Assembly: GCF_001194135.2 (NCBI RefSeq) | Contig: NC_068983.1 | Location: 134,901,869-134,942,441, forward strand | Direction: 5' to 3' | Source: Octopus bimaculoides | Taxonomy: Eukaryota | Length of the DNA stretch: 40,573 nt | Translations under genes and position numbers: made by a program | The notes under the pieces: model-generated | Told to the model about the DNA's origin: nothing | Databases searched by the model: none | Seen by the model: only the letters and a program-made list of their open reading frames with translations | Part shown: positions 35,460-40,573 of the stretch, piece after piece | Layout of the letters: every line of letters starts with the position of its first letter | How positions within the stretch are numbered: position 1 is the first letter of the stretch

Positions 35460-36342
35460 TTCAGACTAAATTTGACAGTTTGCATAAAAAGGAAAAAGCA
35501 CAATATCTCACCTAAAAATTAAGTATTCTAAGAAATCAAAAAATATCAGCTACATTACAGATGGGACATAACAGTTTACTTAAAGTAGCCACCCTCAGCT
35601 TCCACCATGGCCTCAAGATGACCCTGAAATCTGGAACATACACTCTTCACTGCCCCCTGGGAAGATCTTTGAACACTTCCTTGATCTTAGCCACCAGCTT
35701 GGCCTTGGTGTTTATGGCAGAGCCATTGGTGCCTTTCTCAACTGCATCCCATACCTAGTAATCAATGGAATTACAATTTCAGGAATTAGGAGGCCAGAAT
35801 TTGGGGCTGGTAAAGTCATAGAAATTCTCTGACAACTACTTCTGACCTTTTTTGGAGGAAGGCAGAAAGCCAAATCCTGCTGTCACATATATAGCCATTC
35901 AGCAGCAACTCTCTGCAGTTTGGGATTGACCAGAGTCTGCAGCAGCTTCATATAGCCATTTGAGTTGAGTCTATGGCTCTGTTCAAAGATGAATTTGAGT
36001 GCGCAAATACAATCAGAACACTGGCTGTGTCTCTTCTTGCTGGCTACAGATTCATAGTCTCTGTGGCACCTGTCCATGTTATATCTCACAAACCTTACAG
36101 TATTCAATAGGCATTGAGCGGCAGTCATGCTGTTAACATTTTGATACTCAGTGCAAAGCATCATGATACTGGTAACTCTTTTTCAATATTCAGATTGCTT
36201 CCAGTCCTTTGTGTCAGCAAACTTTTTCTCAACTACAACTTTACTTTTTATGTTCACCAATGCTGCTGACTGTTCATCAAAAAAACCATGCCATTCCTGA
36301 AAAATAAAAGTAAAAATTTGTCAAATTTAGCCTAACACCCTG
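35460..36342 (-). mobile_element. Internally deleted Tc1/mariner element, maT (DD37D) type
   Basis: Minus strand FIFEQSHRLNSNGYMKLLQTLVNP..*QQD-[110 nt = 37 codons minus 1 nt]-DY*VWDAVEK..KAKLVAKIKEVF..LEAMVEAEGGYFK* (stop at 35576-35578). The right end tgtcaaatttagcctaacaccctg|TA (36319-36344) is echoed by the inverted agactaaatttgaca at 35463-35477. Confidence 0.85.
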
Positions 36343-36602
36343 TATGTCTACAGGTGTAACATTAATGTTATATTAAAATTATAATTTAGCCGTTTGATAA
36401 ATATAGATAGAGCTGGTATTTATAAAATAAGTACCAGGCTGAACAACAATGGTCACTGTCCAATGAGGGGAAACCAGTAAAAGAATGAAAATATATCGTT
36501 GGAATTATATGCAAGTAAATTAAAATTAAGTTTGGAATTAATTTGAAATAGAATATGTAGCTGCACAATGGTGATCTTAACTTCAAGCCTCACCTGTATC
36601 AA

Positions 36603-36810
36603 ATATTGGCACAAGACCAGCAATTTGGGGAGGGGGTAGTAAATCAATGACATTGATTTCAGTGCTTGACTAGTACTTATTTTATTGACCCCAAAAGGAC
36701 AAAAGCAAAGTCAGCCTAGCCAGAGTTTGAACTTAGAACATAAAGATAGACAAAATGCTGCTAAGCATTTTGCTTGGCTTGCTAATGGATCTACCAGCTT
36801 GACACCTTAC
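36603..36810 (-). mobile_element. SINE family A copy
   Basis: Reverse complement of the family A consensus (gtacttattttattgacccc..aaagtcagc..tttgaacttagaac). Confidence 0.75.
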
Positions 36811-37074
36811 CTCTACAAAATATTAAAGAACAAGCCAGTCAATAGCACACTTCAGGAAAAATTACCTTGAAATTTTATAGTAGTGCAGCCAATCTAATGA
36901 TGAGCCATGTCTCATGTGACTCACTTCTTGGAAAAGGTCACCTTTACCTGGTATAAACTAACCAGTAACTTCTACGTGATTGTGTTACCTTCAAGAAATA
37001 CCAGTTAAATTTCCATTAAATTACACCCTACTATCTTTAATGAAGGACATCATCGTCTTCATTTAGTGTCCACT

Positions 37075-37250
37075 TACCATACTGGCATAAGTAGGAGAGT
37101 TTGACAGAACCAGTGAGCTGTAAAGCTGTTCAAGCTCCAATGTCATCTTTGGCAAGGTTTCTATGGTTGGATGTACTTCCTAATACCAACCAGTTTACAG
37201 AGTATTCTGGATGCCTCTTTTGTGCCACTGGCACTAGTGGAGTTGCCATG
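37075..37250 (-). mobile_element. Degenerate RTE 3' tail
   Basis: ggcaaggtttctatggttggatgtacttcctaataccaacc. Confidence 0.55.
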
Positions 37251-37530
37251 TAACTTGCGAGACAAAAAAACAACAAAGAAAAAGAAAAAGGCAGAAGCTC
37301 CCACTACTAAGAGGAAGTACTTGGGAGGAGAAAGTGGAGGTGGGTGGCTCTCTCTCACTCTTTATCCTTACTGATAACTTTCATGTCAGAAACCATAAAC
37401 TGCTGGACTCTCTGAAGGGCGTGACTAACAAAAAATTATCTTGACTTTTTATAGCAGTATGACCTGCCAGATGATAAGCCATGTCTCATACAGCTCAGTT
37501 CTTGAAAAAAGTTTCCCATGCCTGATATAA

Positions 37531-37830
37531 CATCATCATAATCATGATCATGATCATCATCATCATCATCATCATCATCATCTAATGTCTGTTTTCCATA
37601 CTGACTTTGTTTGGACAGCTTGACAGAAAATGGTAAGTCCAGAGGGCCAAACCAGGTTCCATAGTCTATTTTGGTTTGGTTTCTATGGTTGGATACCCTT
37701 CCTAATGCCAACTACTCCACAGAGTGTACTGAGTGTATTTTACATAGCACCATAACCCGAGCTTTTCATGTGACACCAGCACTAGTACTTTTTACTTGGT
37801 ACCAGAACCCACACGAATGCTTTTTACATG
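37531..37830 (-). mobile_element. Degenerate RTE 3' tail with long (ATG)n
   Basis: (atc)n ctaatgtctgttttccatac..ggtttctatggttggatacccttcctaatgccaac. Confidence 0.65.
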
Positions 37831-38239
37831 GCACCTTGGTTTTAGGATCTTGATTCTGTTTAAAATTGCATGTGTGTGTGTGTGTGTGTGTAGCAGGTCT
37901 GTTAGAATAATATAATCTAAATGTTTACCATTGAAAGCACTTCCACAGATGTCTTTTGTATCACCAAATGAAATGGGTACATTTTATCATACCACCAACA
38001 CAAGAGAGGTTGTCTGCCCAGACTAAAGTATCCCCTCAACACTATGACAGTTTCCATTGAGAGTTGCTGCTCTCCTACACAGCTTGCAGGGTCCATATCT
38101 CTGCTGGGTAGATTCTTTTACAGAGTCCCTCCTCTCCTAAACAGGTTGTCTTCATTGTGGTTTACAGTGTCCATGTCTCTCTCGTATAGAATTTTAAACA
38201 GTTTGTCCCAGTGTGGCTTGCAGACTCCACATCTCTTGC

Positions 38240-38329
38240 ATCATCATCATCATCATCATTTTCCATACTTGCATTGGTCAGATGGAGTTTATGAGGTAGA
38301 TTTTGTATGACTGTATGCCCTTCCTGATA

Positions 38330-38375
<46 letters not shown>

Positions 38376-38520
38376 CAGACTTCTCTCAGTTTCCATCCAT
38401 CAATCCACTCACAAATCAGCCTGGGGCTATAGTGGAAGACACTTACCCAAGATGCCATGCAGTGGGACTGACCTTAAGACCACATGGTTGAAAAGCAAGA
38501 TTCTCAACTACTGTCACGTC
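38240..38520 (-). mobile_element. SINE with family B head, (GT)n linker and RTE-like module E tail
   Basis: Minus strand order: B head/central domain (38520-38372), (GT)n, tggtatcaggaagggcatacag..caatgcaagtatggaaaatgatgatg. Confidence 0.65.
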
Positions 38521-38699
38521 TTCATGTAGAATTTTATTCAAAATCACTGCTCTTGTAGTTGGATCATTTTCAATATGGCTGAGGATTTATATGGTTTCAT
38601 AATGCTGCTGAACTACAATCAGATTCACTCTTGTCAAATCCACAGACACAAATTACATAGAAGTTCTTTCACCATCCTATTTTATCAGGATATATACTT

Positions 38700-39108
38700 T
38701 TCTACTCAAGACACAAGGCCCGAAATTTTTAGGGTGGGGTCCCAGTACACACTGGTACTTAATTTATTGACTCCAAAAGGATGAAAGGCGAAGTCGACCT
38801 CAGTGGAATTTCAACTCAGAACATAAAGACAGATGAAATACCGCTAAGCATTTCGCCTGGCATGCTAACGTTTCTTATTTCTTTACTAACCACAAGGGGA
38901 TACATACAGAGGGGACAAACAAGGACAGACAAATGGATTAAGTCAATTATATCGACCCCAGTGCATAACTGGTACTTATTTAATTGACCCCGAAAGGATG
39001 AAAAAGCAAAGTCAACTTTGGCGGAATTTGAACTCAGAACGTAGCAGCAGACGAAATACCACTAAGCATATCGCCCAGCATGCTAACGATTCTGCCAGCT
39101 CACCGCCT
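38700..39108 (-). mobile_element. Two tandem family A SINEs with different 3' tails
   Basis: Copy 39108-38876 has a full head ggcggtgagctggcagaatcgttagc..ctgagttcaaattcc and tail ttgtctgtccttgtttgtcccctc..aaagaaataagaa. Copy 38875-38700 has tail cccacctaaaaatttcgggccttgtgtc..tagaaaag. Confidence 0.85.
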
Positions 39109-39247
39109 TTTAATCAGGATATATAGAATAAAGAAGTAATGGTGGATGGGCTTACTTGTCATGATGGGAGTGGAGGAAGAAGGTGGAGACCACTATGTTA
39201 CTGAGCAGGGGTGTTTGCTAGCCAGGAATTTGGTAAACTTCATATTG

Positions 39248-39410
39248 ATCATCATCATCATCATCATCATCATCGTTTAACGTCCACTTTCCATGCTAGA
39301 ATGGGTTGGACGATTTGACTGAGGACTGGTGAACCAGATGGCTACACCAGGTTCCAATCTGATTTGGCAGAGTTTTTACGGCTGGATGCCATTCCTAACG
39401 CCAACCACTC
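39248..39410 (-). mobile_element. Short, well-preserved RTE 3' tail copy
   Basis: (atc)8 gtttaacgtccactttccatgctag..cctaacgccaaccactc. Confidence 0.85.
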
Positions 39411-39464
39411 GATATTTGTAAAAAATAAATAATTATTCTTTCTTGTTTAATTTCATGTCTGTGT

Positions 39465-39535
39465 AAGGTCGTGAGTTCAATTCCTGGTGGCAAGTTGCGT
39501 CCTTGAGCAACACATATTATTTCACAAAAATCTCA
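39465..39535 (+). mobile_element. SINE head fragment (family C)
   Basis: ggtcgtgagttcaattcctgg..gcgtccttgagcaacac. Confidence 0.4.
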
Positions 39536-40009
39536 ATGTCAAGATGAAAAATCAATGGATCACGTCAAAAAAACTCAATAAGTTGAAGGAAAGAACAATA
39601 TGTATTTGTTTCATGCTAAACACACACACATTAACACATGCACACACACACACACACACACACCTACACACACACCTACACACACACACACATACACATA
39701 CAAAACCACATATATTCATATAAAACCACATATATTACGTAATTTTTCTTTTCGAATTTTCGCATAAATTCGCATTGCAAATGGAGATGATATGGAAACA
39801 TGTGTAACTTATAATTGAAGATGTGTTAAACAATTTTCTTTGTCTTCTTTTCATTGTATATATACATATATTTATATATACACAAATATGGATGTATATA
39901 TATTTATCTATCTATCTAAAAGAAATGTATCTATCTACATATATATACATATATACACACGCACACACATATGTAAATGTATATATCTATAGCAATATAT
40001 ATCTTTCCC

Positions 40010-40404
40010 CTTGTCTCTCTCTCCCTTTCTCTCTCCCTTTCTCTCTCTCTCTCCCTCTCTCTCTCCCTCTCTCTCTCCCTATATATATAAATATAAATGA
40101 GTAACAGTAGAAGTACAGATGTCACTCCTCTACTGTTACTCATCTATATTTATTCACCTGTCTCAGAAACTGCCCTTTGTAAATTTAATGTACATGTATT
40201 TAATTAATATACATGTTTAAATAGCTCAAGAACAGATATCCTCTGTCAGCTGGGCCTAATTGTCTGCATACACTGCACGAATATCATCCAGCTGGTACTT
40301 ATGTACCAAGCTTGATGTTTACATAATATTGTTGTTGTGTGTGTATATTATTCCGACCTAACAAGGTGCCTCAATTTAAGTACCTAATTCAACTGACTCT
40401 TATA

Positions 40405-40455
<51 letters not shown>

Positions 40456-40460
40456 AATAT
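40010..40460. repeat. (CT)n, (TA)n and (AAT)n simple repeats
   Basis: Directly visible at 40010-40090 and 40405-40460. Confidence 0.9.
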
Positions 40461-40573
40461 TAGGGATAAAATCCAAAAGTACAGGTACAAACTCAATTAA
40501 AATCAATTTATTGAAAATTAAAATTAAATTAAGTTTCACAGTATAAAATATATATAAATATATAGTATTAGGG

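Noticed and set aside
38990-39108. tRNA-like heads of SINEs as tRNA genes
   Set aside because: A/B boxes are present, but they continue into SINE bodies and I cannot draw a complete cloverleaf.
40441-40573. (AAT)n followed by a possible retroelement end at the window edge
   Set aside because: Truncated by the window and has no diagnostic motif.

Overview
This is AT-rich animal genomic DNA from a draft assembly with 7 N-gaps, dense in microsatellites. The repeat families, (ATG)n-tailed RTE LINEs and tRNA-headed SINEs, look like those of Octopus; that assignment is my inference from recognition, not a search result. The only host coding sequence I can support is one 121-nt internal exon (28922-29042, +) encoding the start of the C2B domain of a synaptotagmin of the SYT3/6/9/10 clade. 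The rest of the window is therefore most likely two large introns of that neuronal gene. They are filled with decayed mobile elements: two RTE LINE families (one carrying a PHD finger inside ORF2), two Penelope-like elements, an Academ-like transposase relic, a hAT transposase relic, a hAT-Charlie MITE, an internally deleted maT (DD37D) Tc1/mariner, and several modular SINE families. I see no convincing new multi-gene system, CRISPR array or RNA gene. The most notable structures are a 176-bp ~97% identical inverted repeat 1.6 kb downstream of the exon and oppositely oriented RTE copies (both possible dsRNA/ADAR substrates), an in-frame Academ-RTE chimeric junction, a 42-bp-minisatellite-headed RTE-tailed element, and nested insertions with readable target-site duplications. 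Most TE boundaries are approximate (+/-10-30 nt).
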